Shown piece by piece: positions 50,950 to 63,841 of a stretch of 64,000 nt of DNA. The position numbers were made by a program, and so were the translations under genes. Numbering within the stretch: the first letter of the stretch is position 1; each line of letters opens with the position of its first letter. Location of the stretch: contig MU054098.1 in NCBI GenBank assembly GCA_013239625.1, positions 2,667,104-2,731,103 of the forward strand, in the 5' to 3' direction. The DNA comes from Lama guanicoe (lineage: Eukaryota). Below the pieces are notes generated by a model, which was not told the DNA's origin, ran no database searches, and worked only from the letters and a program-made list of their open reading frames with translations.

Positions 50950-53900
50950 TTCTAAATTATAAATAAAACAGATACAGAAAACAAATCGAATGAATTATTT
51001 TCAGGTGGATGCTATCCAGGTTAAGAAAGAAAACTTTGCCAGTCATTCCAGAAAATTTCCATGCACCCCCATCCCAATCATGCTCCTCTTCCTCCCACCA
51101 TAATTAACTATTATCCTGACTTTCATAGTAATCACTTCTTTGTAGTTTTAAGAGTTTTGTCACCCAAATGAGCACCCCTGGACAGTTTTTTAAAGTTGAT
51201 ATATTGAATCTCTTTCAACCTATTGGTCCTTTCTCCATTCTTCTCATTTCAATTTTTCTTTTGAAGAATCTGTACCCTTGACCTGTGGGGTTTCCCAGTC
51301 TAGAGTTGGCTGATTATATATTCATGGTGCATTTCAACAGGCTCTTGTATTTCCTGCAAATAGGCAGCTAGATCCAGAAGACTGGATCAGACTTGGGGTT
51401 GACTCCTTTGATACATCTAAAAGTAATGTCTATCTTTGCGATCTCCACAGCCATTGCTGTTTAATACTCATCAACATTCAGTAATGACTGCACAACGATT
51501 ATATTCTGCCACTTCTTCTTCACTGATCAGAATACTTAAATATTTTCCCGCTACTATTCAGTTACTCAGCAGGACAGTTCATATAAGAAAGGCAGGATAA
51601 ATACTTGATTCTTTCACTTTATTTTCCAGTTTTCAAGAAAAGTGAACTTGTTTCCTATCATCCAATTAAGGGAATCACTTTTTTCAGTTTTATATTATAC
51701 ATATTTTTTCAGATTATTTTTCCATTACAGGTTATTACAAGATACTGAATATAGTTCCCTGTGCTATATACAGTAAATCTTTGTTGCTGATCTATTTTAT
51801 GTAGTTTGTATCTGTTAATACCAAGGGAACCAATTTTTTAAGTATCATGAGAACTTTTAAATTTAATATATTTGATATGTTCCAGTCTATTGTAATTATC
51901 ATTGTTGAAGCTCAAACTGTTCCATCTTCCATCTTTGGCCAGCAGGAACCACTTCAAGATGGCTCCTGAGTCCTTCTGACATGACCCCAGTACTCTATGA
52001 TAGCTTCCCTGGTTTCTGGCATGACAAGATGACCCAGGCTCATCTTGAACATCTCCTACCCAGACCTGGAACCAAACATTTTTCCAGAAAGGTGTTTGGT
52101 TTTTTTAAAGTGAGAAATGGATTTCAATACCACAAACTGAGTGCTAAGGATCATCATTATTTCTAGCCCTTTTCAGTGGACAGAGCTAGGAAATAAACAA
52201 ATTTAAAGATAAAATACCTCAAGTTCATATTGATACTTTCAATTCAAATATGAGGCCATAAAAGCTTTTCCTTGGCCTCTTTAGTACATCTGTATTTCTT
52301 TTCTTCCATACTGAGATCCTGGTTTGCAAGGGCACAGGGGATAAAACTAATATCCCATACTCACTTGTTTTAGCCGACATTACAATCTCAGAATAACAAT
52401 CTGAGTATCTAAATAAAAGAACCTGTGATTATTGAAAGCATCAAAAAAAATGCTCAGCACGTGGTCTCAATTCTCCCATTAAAAAAAATAGCTATACTAT
52501 ATGTACAGTGTCCAAACATAAGGCTTTTACATAGTATATTATCAACCTCTCAGCCCTCATTTTGTGTAATTATGTATTTCACACTTACTATCAGGTCTTA
52601 TGTTGATGTCTCTCATTGTTTTCGTGGTCTAAAAGTCAAAAACACATTGTCTAATATACTGTTATCCATCTAATACAACTTTCTGTGATAGTAGAAATAT
52701 TCTGTATCTTGCTGTCCCATATAGTAGACACTAGCCACATGTGGCTTTGAGCACTTGGTATGTGGTCAGTGTGACAGAGCAACAGAAGATTTACTTCATT
52801 TAATCATAATTAATTAAAATTTACAGTGCCATATGTGGCGAGTGATTATCTTACTTCACAGCATATCTTTGGTAGATTCTTCAGGAAGGGCTCATGTAAA
52901 TAATATTCTCTGAATTCTTATACATTACCCTCTAAGCTTGAAAATCAGTTTGGATATAAAATCTTTGGTTCACACATTTTTTCATTACCTTAAATGTTAC
53001 TCCATTTTCTTCTAGCATGAAGCACTGCTGTCAAAGTTCAATGATTATCATTTTATTTTTTTATACTCCATAGGCTTTGTCATTTAGACAATCAAAAGAC
53101 TTCCTTTTTCTTTCAAGCCTAGTCGTTTTACTAGACTATCCCAGCGCTGGTTGTTCTGGCTCAATAATCTCTGGTATGCAGAGTACTGTTTCAGTATGTA
53201 GTTACAAAGTTTTAATTTCAGGAAAGATTTCTGAATTATAGTTATTAGTATTTATTCTTATCCCTTACTTTGGTTTTCTTCTTCAGGAACTTCTATTAAT
53301 ATCTGATATCCTTTGACTAACTTCAGTATGTCACTTTTGAACCCTTCTCTTCATTTTCTTCATTTTCGATTTCCCCGCTTTCTTACATCTTTCCCTTGCC
53401 ATATATATTTGATCATGTTCTTTATAGTTTAGTTTTCATTACCAAAATGACTTTCTTCCATTTCTAATGCTTTCCTGAGTTCAGTCAACTCATCTGAGTT
53501 TTTCTAATTCTGATATGTTATTTTTCAATATTTTGTATTATTTTATTAATGTTTTTATCTCAGTTTGAAATAGTTGTTGGTTTGGTTATTTTAAGTTCTA
53601 TTTAGCATGCACATTTCTGACATGTTTTATTGTCTATGGGGTGTTATTCTGCTTTTCTCCCCCCTTAAAACATCTTTGTATATGACTTGACCTCAGTACT
53701 TTTCTTTTGTTCATTTTTATATGAAATTTTTTTCATGAACTTTAAAATGAGGTGAAATACAAGAAAGCTCTTCTAACTTCATAGGGCTCTCTCTGTGGCT
53801 TTTGTGTAGTGCTTAAAAACATGACTGCTTCTAGGATTCCTTGGCTCTTTTCTCCTGAACTTTAGTCTGGACCTGCTCTCTTCCCTATTCTCATCAATTA

Positions 53901-54400
53901 TGATTCCACTCCTAGCACTTTCTCCCCGGTGAAGAATATTATCCTAAAAAGGAGCCCTGACAGGTCAGTTTTGAGAGTTCTTAGGGGCCAAACTGTTCCA
54001 AGCCCTTCAGTCCCTTTATCGTATACCCAAAGCACTCACCTAGTAGTGAAGAGGTCAGATCCTTTCCCAGTCTTAACTGCTCCTTCCAAATTGGCTGCCC
54101 CACTTTCCAGTGAATTCTTATTAGCTCTTTGGGGTTCCTCTGTTCTCAGGTCTATAGACAACATTCCTGATGCTTTCGTCTTCTTGCTCCCGCATAGACC
54201 CTGATAGCATGCAGGTCTTGTGACTGGTGATTTGTCCCTACCTACTTAAATTTTGGAGTTCATGGGGATACCTTGTCACCTAGTTTTATTGTAAGCATTG
54301 TCCCATGGGTTTTGGTTTTGTTATTTCCATTTTTATTTGGGGACACACACTAAAAACCTATGCTATGGCTGCCACCACTTTCCCAGAATTCTGCTGAGAA
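50950..54400 (-). mobile_element. Degraded old L1M region with a nested younger L1 tail (about 51680-51820) and a MER3-like hAT (about 52670-52865)
   Basis: L1 tail ttccattacaggttattacaagatactgaatatagttccctgtgctat; MER3-like tagacactagccacatgtggct. The identity of the surrounding old element is less certain. Confidence 0.6.
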
Positions 54401-54781
54401 TTTCAAATTATAATTAACTCATTGGAATTCCACAATCACTTCACAAATCGGTACTACCAGTACCTCAAAGCTCATAGATAAGTTCAAAAATGTGTCCAAA
54501 TTACAGTTTGAAAAACTAGTACAAGTCCTCTAAATTGTTAATGGGGTAGCAAAATGATAGCTCTGAAATCATATCAAAGCCAAATTTGCAAGAAAAAAAA
54601 TCAAAAACCTGGCTCTCAAATCTCATGGATTCCTCAACTACAGAACATACTTTATTAAGTAGGTTAAACAAATTAAATACTGGAGATGAAAATAATCCTA
54701 TCTAACCACTAGAACTGTTTTATGTGCATGTTCATGAATAGGAAAAGAGGCTTCCAAAGTAAGCAGTCACTAATAACCTAC

Positions 54782-54947
54782 CTGGCCTGCCTTGTGTAAG
54801 TGGAGACACAAAGAGAGGCTGTATGGCATTCTGTGAGGAAATTGAAGCAGTACTACCAGGTTGATTAGCCGCTGCACAGTTAGGTAAGACTGGAGCTGGA
54901 ACATTATTGGCACAGGAAGCTGCAATTGCTGCAGAATTTACCATCAC
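54782..54947 (-). CDS. ALG13: ALG13 exon: VMVNSAAIAASCANNVPAPVLPNCAAANQPGSTASISSQNAIQPLFVSPLTQGRP
   Basis: cttacag|GTG ... CCAG|gtaggt; 166 nt, phase 0-1. Confidence 0.93.
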
Positions 54948-55439
54948 CTGTAAGTGTGGAAGAAAGTTCAGAATTCTTAAGTTTGGTTTCTCATACAATA
55001 TTAGTCTCTTATCTGATCCTAAATTTCAGGAAATATTATTTTGATAACTGAAACACTGAGAAGTCAATCTTTATGTAAACCCAATATAGGAAGATTAGGT
55101 TATTTCTTTTAGAAGACCCCAGATTACTTTGAGAGCTTTAATTTTTTCCTTTAATATTTTCCTGAAAAGTAATACATTAACATGATTCAAAACTCAAGTA
55201 TGAAATTGTATGCAATGAAAAGTTTCCCTCCAACCCTTGTCTTTCATCTAACTAGCTCCTCCCTCCCCAAATAGGTAACCTCTGGGTTTCTTGCACCATT
55301 ATCCAGAGATTTATACTATATATTTATTTTTACATACATATACATTTCTCCACACATATACACACTTTTTTTTAAACAGAAAAGGTACTTTTCTCCTTTT
55401 TTAAAAAAACTTCATGAGACTGCAATTTGTTTTTCTGAT

Positions 55440-56170
55440 TATGCCACAGCACACACTACAGGGCTGTGCACAGAGAGATGTTCAATAAATGGTAACAACC
55501 TTCTTGAACACACTGTCCTCACTGCAGTCTCCATTTTCTTATTACCCACTGCAATGTGGCTATTACCCTCTCTGGTCCTCAGAAACTGTATTCAAAGTCA
55601 CAGTGGCCTCCATAGTAACAATTGTAGTAGACTCGTGTTAGTCCTTATGCTGCTTGACCACTTGGCAGCAACTGATACTTGACTGTTCCTTGAAATATTC
55701 TCTTCCTAGGGCTTCTATAATTATATACTTTCCCGCTTTTCCTCCCTCCTTGTCTATTCTTCTCCACCCATTTTCTAAAATTTGGTGATCCACAGGCTCT
55801 GTTCTAGTGGCTCTTCTCAATCTCGTCCCTTCCCCAGGATGATCTTACTCATTATTCACTTATACGGTTTCGGCTACCTTTTTTTTTTTAACATTTTCTT
55901 ATTGCGTTATAATCATTTTACAATGTTGTGTCAAATTCCAGTCCAGCTACCTTTTTGATGCCAGCTTCCCATTCTACAGGACAGCTTTACGTTTAAGTTT
56001 CAGTAAATGACATACACTTGACAGGTAATTTATATTAACTTACTCATTATATCAGAGGTTCAGAGTAGACTGACTATGAGTAGTCTGACACCAGCACACA
56101 GAACAGTGTCTGAAACACAGTAGATGCTCAATCAATTTGTTGACTGAATTTACTAATTACTGTGCCAGGC
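55440..56170 (+). mobile_element. L2 fragments containing a 60-bp L1 tail insertion at 55884-55943 (- strand)
   Basis: L2 RT-like DNA and L2 3' end (cacagtagatgctcaatcaatttgttgactgaat); L1 tail flanked by TSD c[g/a]gctaccttttt. Confidence 0.75.
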
Positions 56171-56307
56171 ATCAGAAAGTACAATAATACTTAAGACAGG
56201 AATAAGCAGCTTCTCTGAAGTATGATGAAGGGCACAGAGAACAAAAAATTCATTTTCCTCTGTTTAGACCGTTGCAACTGACTGCTAAATAAAACTATAA
56301 AGATTAC

Positions 56308-56379
56308 CTTATGGGGGTAGTTGTATGAGGTAACTGTGTCCTGAGGAGACATAGAACATGGTCTTCTATCCTGAAGAGA
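56308..56379 (-). CDS. ALG13: ALG13 exon: [24 protein letters not shown]
   Basis: attaaag|TCT ... AAG|gtaatc; 72 nt, phase 0-0. Confidence 0.9.
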
Positions 56380-57694
56380 CTTTAATGAATACAGAAATAC
56401 AGTTGAAAAAGGGGAAATCAAGAAACCACACAACACATCAATAAAAGATCTGCTGCATCTCAAAATCTCCTGAAATTAAGCGAAAGTGATCTATCATGAA
56501 AGTATTCAAATTCGGAAGTGACTACTACGATAATGCTCCAAAAGGTATCATTCTAGTGCCTGACTTACATGATTGTTCTTATTTCCTATCTACAGAAACC
56601 CTGATCATATCCAACTCTAGTTCCAATGCAGACACTACAATGTAACAGAGGATTGTAATATAAACACTTTCTTAGTGGCCTCTCTTGCGTTAAAAACTTC
56701 ACAATCAGTAGGGTCAGCAACAGTGTTACTAAAAGAAAGCATTCCATCTAAAGACATAGCTAGGGACAAGGATGGATAACTGGTTGGTCAGCTGCATCGT
56801 ATCTAAACAGAATGTAGTATAATCCAAACACCATTCCCCTTTGGCTCAAGAAAATAAAAATGATTTAAAAAGAATCAGAATGATGCATGACAGATTGTCA
56901 TGACAGAAAAATGAACCAGCAGCAGAAACTGGTACTAATAGTAAGAATACAAGAGGGACTCAGGGGAAGTAATCACAGGAAACAAGAGGAACCACCCTGT
57001 GACAAAGATGAGCCCAATTTAACATGGGCCTAAGATTACATGTTTCTAAACTTTGTTTTCCAGTACAGCCAAAGGACCTGCCCAAATGCAAACTTTAGCC
57101 CTGGCTCAGAAGGCCCAGTGTGAATGCCGAACAATTCTAAAGAAGGATTTGGTTGAGAGTTGGGCATGGAAATAAGTAAGAATAAATGTTCATGTTTTTT
57201 AGAAAGCCCTGTGTCTGGAAATCTTTAAGTCCTGCATCTGTCCTCTTCCCTCAGAATGCTGTGAAAAAAATTAAAATCTGTATGGATTTTGTGACTGGGG
57301 AGTGGGAGTGGAGCACATCATGAAGAGATTGAAAGCTACTGGGGATGTATGATAAACTAAGTTCAGAACAAAAAGGAATGTGTGACAAGTGATATTAAAG
57401 GGACAGAAAGTGTCTATTCTTGTCATCCCTGAAGGTGAGATTTTTACTTGCTTTCTCAACTTGGGTGGCTATATCAAGAGATGGTATAAAAAGCACTGTG
57501 ATATGAGAACAGTAATGACAGAGTGAAAGGAAAAACTATTTCTCTAGCAGAGGCAAAGGAAAGGAAGGAGAAATAAGGGGAAGAGAATTACGAATCAGTT
57601 TTCTTCACCTTCCTAAGATGTACTGCCTAAACAGTAAAAACAAGAATTTAGTACATTAAGCTGTCAAAGTTAAGATTAATCACAGTTAAGGAAT

Positions 57695-59575
57695 AGAGGG
57701 TAGTCATTCAACTTCTTCACAAATATTCCAGTTCTCCTTCTGGGTACATGGTAGGTTGCTCTTCCTGGCCTCATCTAAAGTTAGGTATGGCCGTGTGACT
57801 TGTTTGTCCAATAAAATATGAGCAGAAATATTGAGAGCCAGTGTTTAATTTTCCTATCTTCAGTTCCGCCAATGTGATTGTGAAAACACGTGTCCATCAG
57901 CCTGGGTCCCTGAGTGACTTTTATGGACAAAGTCCTGTTACAAACCTGCACTGCACTGAACCTGTAACATTAGCAAGAACAACTCTCCAGTGTCAAGCTG
58001 CTGGGGGATTGTTGCTGCAGCATAACCTAGCTTAATTGAAACAGCAATTGGTAACTAAAAGTAGGGTGCTGCTATAACAAAAACCTTACTTGAGAAAGAG
58101 ATTATGAACTTGTAGCTCTTAGGGGAAGAGGTTTGTAAAACAGAATGTTAGTTTTTTGTTTTGATTACTGCTGGCAGAGTTTAGCAAGGTATTTTAAGAC
58201 AGATGTGTATAGAAAAGTAGTTTTGGGCAGGAATGAAAGGGAACAGAATCCTTGAATACTGGGACTTATAGACTTTGAAGAGGCAAGTGCTTCAACCCAA
58301 AACTGTAAAAGATAAAACTGATAAATGCTTTGAACAACAAAGAGCAATTAAAATTCAGCCTCAAAGGAAGAATCAAATCATTGCTAAAATATGATTGCAT
58401 TCAGATATCTCAAAGCAAGAGTAAAAATAAGGATCTAACATCCAGTGAATCCTTGCACTTGGACAAAATGACTCATGGAAAAGTGTCCAAAGGTATGGCT
58501 CTTCCATCAATGCCTGATAAACTCAAGGTATTTGCAATCAAGTATAGAGAGAATAGGGATAAGAATGCAAAGAGTTATAGCAAATCTAAGTAGTATATTT
58601 ATAAAAAAAATTGTCAGTATGGCTATTGGTACATGAAACTAGTAGGAATTAGAGAAGCAGCACAGTAAATTAATCACATAGCCAAAGAAACCACGAGCAG
58701 AACTAAAACCATCCAACTGAGATAAAACAACCCTTGGGCCCTTAATTTTCTATGAGTAAGAAGCAAGCTGAGAAAGCTCAGCTGCCAAAAAGGATTATTC
58801 TCCAATGCCTATTTCAAATATGGCCAAGGAAGGAAGTGCCTTGGAGTAATCAAGAGCCCCAGAAAACAGTGAACTAAGGAGCCTCTCCAGGGAACGGTCC
58901 CCATGCCTAGGATGAGGGCCCTCACAATGTCAGTCCTTGATGATGTCAGCATTGCTACAGGCCAGTAGTTGTTTCTCCCATTTTTCCTGGATTTGAGTGG
59001 GAATTTCTACTGCAATTTTTTAGTCCCTGCTATACCATTGTAAATTGAGTGTATAGGGGGTAAATAACTTTGTATCTTTGGTTTTAGGCTTCCAAATCAA
59101 AAGGAACCACGTCTGAACCCAAAATAGAGTATTATACATTTACCAGAATCCTTGGGCCCTGAGTTTAACTACACTGAAAGGGATTTGGGGGTTGCCTCCC
59201 TTGAGGCAGAAGTATTTTGCCTGTGGGAGGGAGTTTCCATTGACAGTTGTAGTCCTTAATGCTGTTAAACTATTTCCAACTTTTTGACTTACAGGCACAG
59301 ATAAGTTAGAGTCTTCAAGTAGAATACACTCTGGCCAAATTAAAAGAAATGGAAAAGAAAGTGATATGTGTCATCTCCAGGTAGAAGCTGTAAGAGCCAG
59401 TGCACCATTCACTATCTTTCGTTTCTTGCCTTGGCAATCATGGATGGAACTTCCAACAGCCTAAGTCCCTGAGCAGAGCCCTCCTGTTGACGTCCACTGG
59501 ACATGTAGCATAACCAAGAAGTAAATTTTTGTTAAAATACTGAGATTTATGGCCTATTCGTATTGATAGAAAAAT
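57695..59575 (+). mobile_element. Two-LTR ERVL-MaLR element (MLT1I/J-like): 5' LTR ~57695-58043, internal ~58044-59247, 3' LTR ~59248-59575
   Basis: Two homologous LTRs (agagccagtg..., cagcct...gtccctgag) flank an internal region that starts aattggtaactaaaagtagggtgctgctataacaaaaacct. Confidence 0.8.
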
Positions 59576-59669
59576 CACAAAATCCTCTAAAAAATCACCA
59601 CTGCCAATGTTCAAATTTCTTCTATCAACACATGTTAGGAATATCTCTGGATTAATTTCCAGAAAGGGG

Positions 59670-59840
59670 TGTTATCTTGGATAAGTTACTTGACTGGAGC
59701 CTCAATTTCTTTGTCTACAAAATGGGAATGATGTCCTAATTATCTCATAGATCATTCTGAGTTAGATACATTTATATGTATAGCTCTTAAAACAGTACCC
59801 TACTACAAAGGAGCTATATGTGTTTGCCATTATTATTAAA
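59670..59840 (+). mobile_element. MIR SINE abutting an ALG13 exon donor
   Basis: tcttggataagttacttgactggagcctcaatttctttgtctacaaaatgggaatg. Confidence 0.75.
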
Positions 59841-59847
59841 TACCTAC

Positions 59848-59903
59848 CAAGTTTGCTGTAGATTCAGTTGTGCTATAAACACCTGAAGTTTCATAGTCTG
59901 GTT
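59848..59903 (-). CDS. ALG13: ALG13 56-nt exon: (E)PDYETSGVYSTTESTANL
   Basis: cctctag|AA ... TTG|gtaggt; phase 1-0; separated from the previous exon by a 96-nt intron. Confidence 0.9.
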
Positions 59904-59999
59904 CTAGAGGATACAGCCAAAGTAAAAATAATGAGCATTATTTTATAGTCTGAAATTTTATAAACAATGAATATCAGATTTTATCTAGATCTCACTGAC

Positions 60000-60032
60000 C
60001 TGAAGGATAAATATATTCTTCATGATATCCCC
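60000..60032 (-). CDS. ALG13: ALG13 33-nt exon: (G)GYHEEYIYPS(E)
   Basis: ttttctag|GG ... TCAG|gtcagt; phase 1-1; not in the ORF track, found by manual translation. Confidence 0.88.
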
Positions 60033-60311
60033 CTAGAAAAAACGATAGACAGAAGTGTGTTTATATAGGGCTTTTTAGCTGAGCAGAGCCAGATGGCCAG
60101 CACTTGCTTTTTCTCAAGTATTATGATATATGTTCAAAACTAAAATGTATATACATCTTTCAGACAAGTGATTTTGGCTTTCATACTAGTAATCAGGTAT
60201 TAAAGCCAGAGACTGGATGTAAACAGTACAAATTTCTCCTCTGAAAATTCTCTTAGTTCTTAGAGTTCAGGCAGAAGTGAAAAACCCAGCTGTGTCAAAT
60301 TTTTTTAATCT

Positions 60312-60520
60312 GGCAGTACAGCATGGCAATTAAGTTCACTGGTTCTGGAGTTAGGACTGTCTAGATTTGAATCCTGATTAACTACATCACTTTAGGCAGG
60401 TTATTTAATGTTTGTGCTTAAATTTCTTCACTATAAAACAGGGGTAAGAGTACCTAGCTCATGGGGGGGGGTGAAAAGAACATAGCATGGTGTTTGACAT
60501 ATAGTAAATGGTGACTATAA
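60312..60520 (+). mobile_element. MIR SINE
   Basis: ggttctggagttaggactgtctagatttgaatcctg...tttaggcaggttatttaa. Confidence 0.75.
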
Positions 60521-61214
60521 AATAATCTGAGCATAACCCATAGTTTGCTTAGGTGAACACTGAAGGAATATGTCACGTCTCATTTGTTTATCAGCCTGTT
60601 TCAGGTAAATAATACATTTGACATCAGTTTGTTCTCAGAGGATGGCTTAGTGGACTGAAGTATTTTGCTTTAAGACTGCTACACCACTGAAATGCAGAGA
60701 AAGTCAACCTTCAATTAGACAGTTTTCCATAAAATAAAACCCTAAAGGTGAAAACTGGATCTGATTCTTAAACACATCACTTAATCAAGCATACATGCAG
60801 GTAACCCTTCCAAACAGCAGGATTTAAGGTGAGAACAAAGATTTGGTTACTTTGAATATGCCACTACAGGTGAACAATACATCTGAAGGTACCAATCATG
60901 CTAAAAGTAAAAGACAAAAGGGTCATGCTGAGTAAAAGAGCAGAGAGTACGTATACTTAAATTAAGCACATGCACGTACAAATTCTTCACAGATCATTCT
61001 TGTGCTAGATATTTTGTTCTCATCAAATTCTTAGAAATATCTATTTTCTTCTACATAAGTAGCAGAAAGTAGCAAGAAAATAAGGAAGTCAAGTCATTCA
61101 GACTGCCTCACACCTCCTTAATCCACCCAATACCTCCAGAATTGTTTCAGCAGGCATACATCATTTCACAGAAAAATGGTAAAAATAAGCACACTCCATG
61201 ATGAGAAGCACTGT

Positions 61215-61790
61215 AACACTATTAAGGGCACATACATAGGCTTTAGAGTCAGATAAATCCCAATTCAAAATTTATCTCTGCCAGTCACAAAGGACCACAT
61301 ACTGCATGATTCCTTTTATATGAAATGTCCAGAACAGGCAAATCCATTAAGACAGAGAGCAGACTGGTGATTGCCTAGAGCTGGCGGTGTGGGTAGGGAG
61401 TGCTGGGGAGTCTAATGGGGAATGCTGCTAATGGGTACAGGGTTTCTTTTTCGGGTGATAAAAATGTTCTAAAATTTATTGTGGTGATGTATGTAACTCT
61501 GTGACTATATTAAAAACCACTGAAGTGTACTTTAAACGTTGAATTGTACACTTTAGGCAAGGTCTATGGTATGTAAATTGTATCTAAATAAAACTGTTAT
61601 AAAAAATTAGATCTCTGACACTTACCAAAGATATGACTTTGACCATGCCATTTACCCTTTGAACCCAATTTCCTCATATATAAAATAAGGATATCACATT
61701 CCTCAGAGGGATAGAATTAAGTATTACATTAAATTATAATTACTTAGTACAGTATATGGCCATTAGGACACAATGAATAGTAATAATGTT
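61215..61790 (+). mobile_element. MIR split by an L1MB 3' end insertion (about 61285-61605)
   Basis: MIR 5' part (ggctttagagtcagataaatcc) and 3' part (gactttgaccatgcc...tttcctcatatataaaataagg) flank an L1MB 3'UTR. Confidence 0.75.
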
Positions 61791-62202
61791 TATAGATCAA
61801 GTAAATCTCTTTGGCAAAGAAATTATTTCATAGCAGTCTTGTAAAATTATAGTCACATGAAGAGCCTCAAGTAGTTATACAAATGGTGAGGACAACATGA
61901 ATAGTGCCTCACTAATAAGGAATAGGTATTTTCCATACTGAAATCTCACCAAATCAAAACTCACTGAAGACCCATGTGGATAGCTGAAAGTTATAACAAG
62001 GTAGTGGCCTAAAGAAATAAAAGTCTGTCCTGAAAAATATCAAGACATCTTCAAAAACCTAGTAAGCTCTGATACAAGAACTGATAACTCTTTCAAAATG
62101 AGCTACCAGAACAGAGTAAGACCCCCAAACCAAAACTTTAGCCCTGATATGCTAATGCCACAAGAATCACCTTAAAAAAATATTTAACTGTAATTGACTC
62201 AC

Positions 62203-62323
62203 CATTGTCACTCTGGGCATCAACCTCTTCTGAATTCAAAGTCTGTTTGCCTGAGCTATGTTCTCGCCTTGCAACACAGTATCTTGAAGTAGCAGGAACC
62301 ATTGTGGAGGGCCCCCCATGATT
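62203..62323 (-). CDS. ALG13: ALG13 exon: [40 protein letters not shown](G)
   Basis: gtacag|AAT ... AATG|gtgagt; 121 nt, phase 0-1. Confidence 0.93.
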
Positions 62324-62697
62324 CTGTACCAAAGAGATACATACATACACATGCAGTCCTCCCTATATAGTTAGAGAAAAAGCTATAAATATTTTAAATG
62401 TACATTAGAATCAAAAATACGTGAGGAAATAATGATCAAGAAAACAAAATTTTAGCCCATACTATCCAGGCAAAATTATTTGTCCACTTCTACCCCTCTT
62501 CTCTAAGAATAGCTTAAAAAAAAAGTTCTATTCTCCAATTTTTAGAAGCTCTAAGGTGAAAACTTAGGTTTTCCAGGAAGGGCTTTTATTTGACTGTTTG
62601 TTAAAAAGTTCAAATTTATCTACATTGCCTTTACTTAAAAAAATAAAATGAAAGAGAAAAGTAAACAGCTTTTTGAGTAAAACTTTGACCTACTTAC

Positions 62698-62854
62698 AGG
62701 TAAAGCTGGGTAAGCAGTCTCATCCCCTTCTTCAACTTCATAAAAGGTAATAGTTTCTTCCAAGCCCCTGGGCATCTGTCCACTCTCTGGAGCAAAACTA
62801 TACTGGCACTCTTTATTCATACAATGCATCTGGCGGTGACTACGTCTAAAGGAA
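62698..62854 (-). CDS. ALG13: ALG13 exon: [52 protein letters not shown]
   Basis: cttaag|TT ... CCT|gtaagt; 157 nt, phase 2-0. Confidence 0.92.
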
Positions 62855-63045
62855 CTTAAGTAGTTTGGGGAATGAGAAGGGGGAAAAAGATAAAATATGG
62901 TAGTAAACTGTTTCTAATTTCTAAATAACAGTTCAAACATCTCAATGTTGACACTTTTAAAAAATTTAGTCCATATATCTGATGCACAGCAATAAAGCCA
63001 GACTTACACATTTTCTCTAACTTCCAACACTTAAAATTCACTTAC

Positions 63046-63159
63046 CGAGATCTATAGGAGAAGTTATCATAGCTCTGGCAGCACCTTTTACCTGGCCCAG
63101 GGTAAAAACCAACTTTAGCGCCCACCATGTTGTGCCTGTTTATAAAGCGAGATGCATCC
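63046..63159 (-). CDS. ALG13: ALG13 exon: [37 protein letters not shown](R)
   Basis: ttcttag|GG ... TCTCG|gtaagt; 114 nt, phase 2-2. Confidence 0.93.
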
Positions 63160-63594
63160 CTAAGAATAAAGGGGGAAAAAAACCAGAACTCTTTACTCAC
63201 TAGTGCTTCAGTAGTCAGTCTTAGTAGCTAAATAGAATTAACTTTCTAAAAATGACCAAATAGAGAGCTCTTCTATCCTCACTACTGACATTAGGCCTAT
63301 CCATTATTAAAGGATACAGTGCCATATGCATGGCACTCAGCTTGCTGGCATTCTATCTTGTAGCATCTCTTCAACTGTTCAATATTTCCCTAGACTGTGA
63401 GACCATAAATCTTCAATAAATTTGACAAGAATTTAAGTATACATCAGTTCCATCCTTTATGCTCACTTTAGGCAGAGATTATAAAAGAAATATAAACTAT
63501 TAAAATATTTCTAAATTCTACCATAATTCTGCCCAGGAATTATTTCTAATCTCTCAACAGAGATGTACACTATATTCAGTCAGTTAAGACCTAC

Positions 63595-63841
63595 CTGGGC
63601 ATCCCATATCCCCGACCTTGTCTCTGAGATGAATGTTGAAGATGAAAATGTTCATTAGACAAACCACTGTCCGCTGTCTGTGAGTAGTGCATTGGAGGGT
63701 CATGCCCATAATGCATACTATGCTGAAGCCTGGGCGGGAGGAGGGGGTCTCCCCTGCTGTAAGCCATAGTCATATAAACCTCTTTCCCTCTAACTTTCTT
63801 GAACATCTTCTTCCGTTGCTTCATGTCCATCTCCGACATAG
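63595..63841 (-). CDS. ALG13: ALG13 long-isoform exon: ..[27 protein letters not shown]...QGRGYGMP(R)
   Basis: Acceptor tttgtttgaaag|CT and donor CCCAG|gtaggt; 247 nt, phase 1-2; recognisable ALG13 post-Tudor sequence. Confidence 0.93.
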
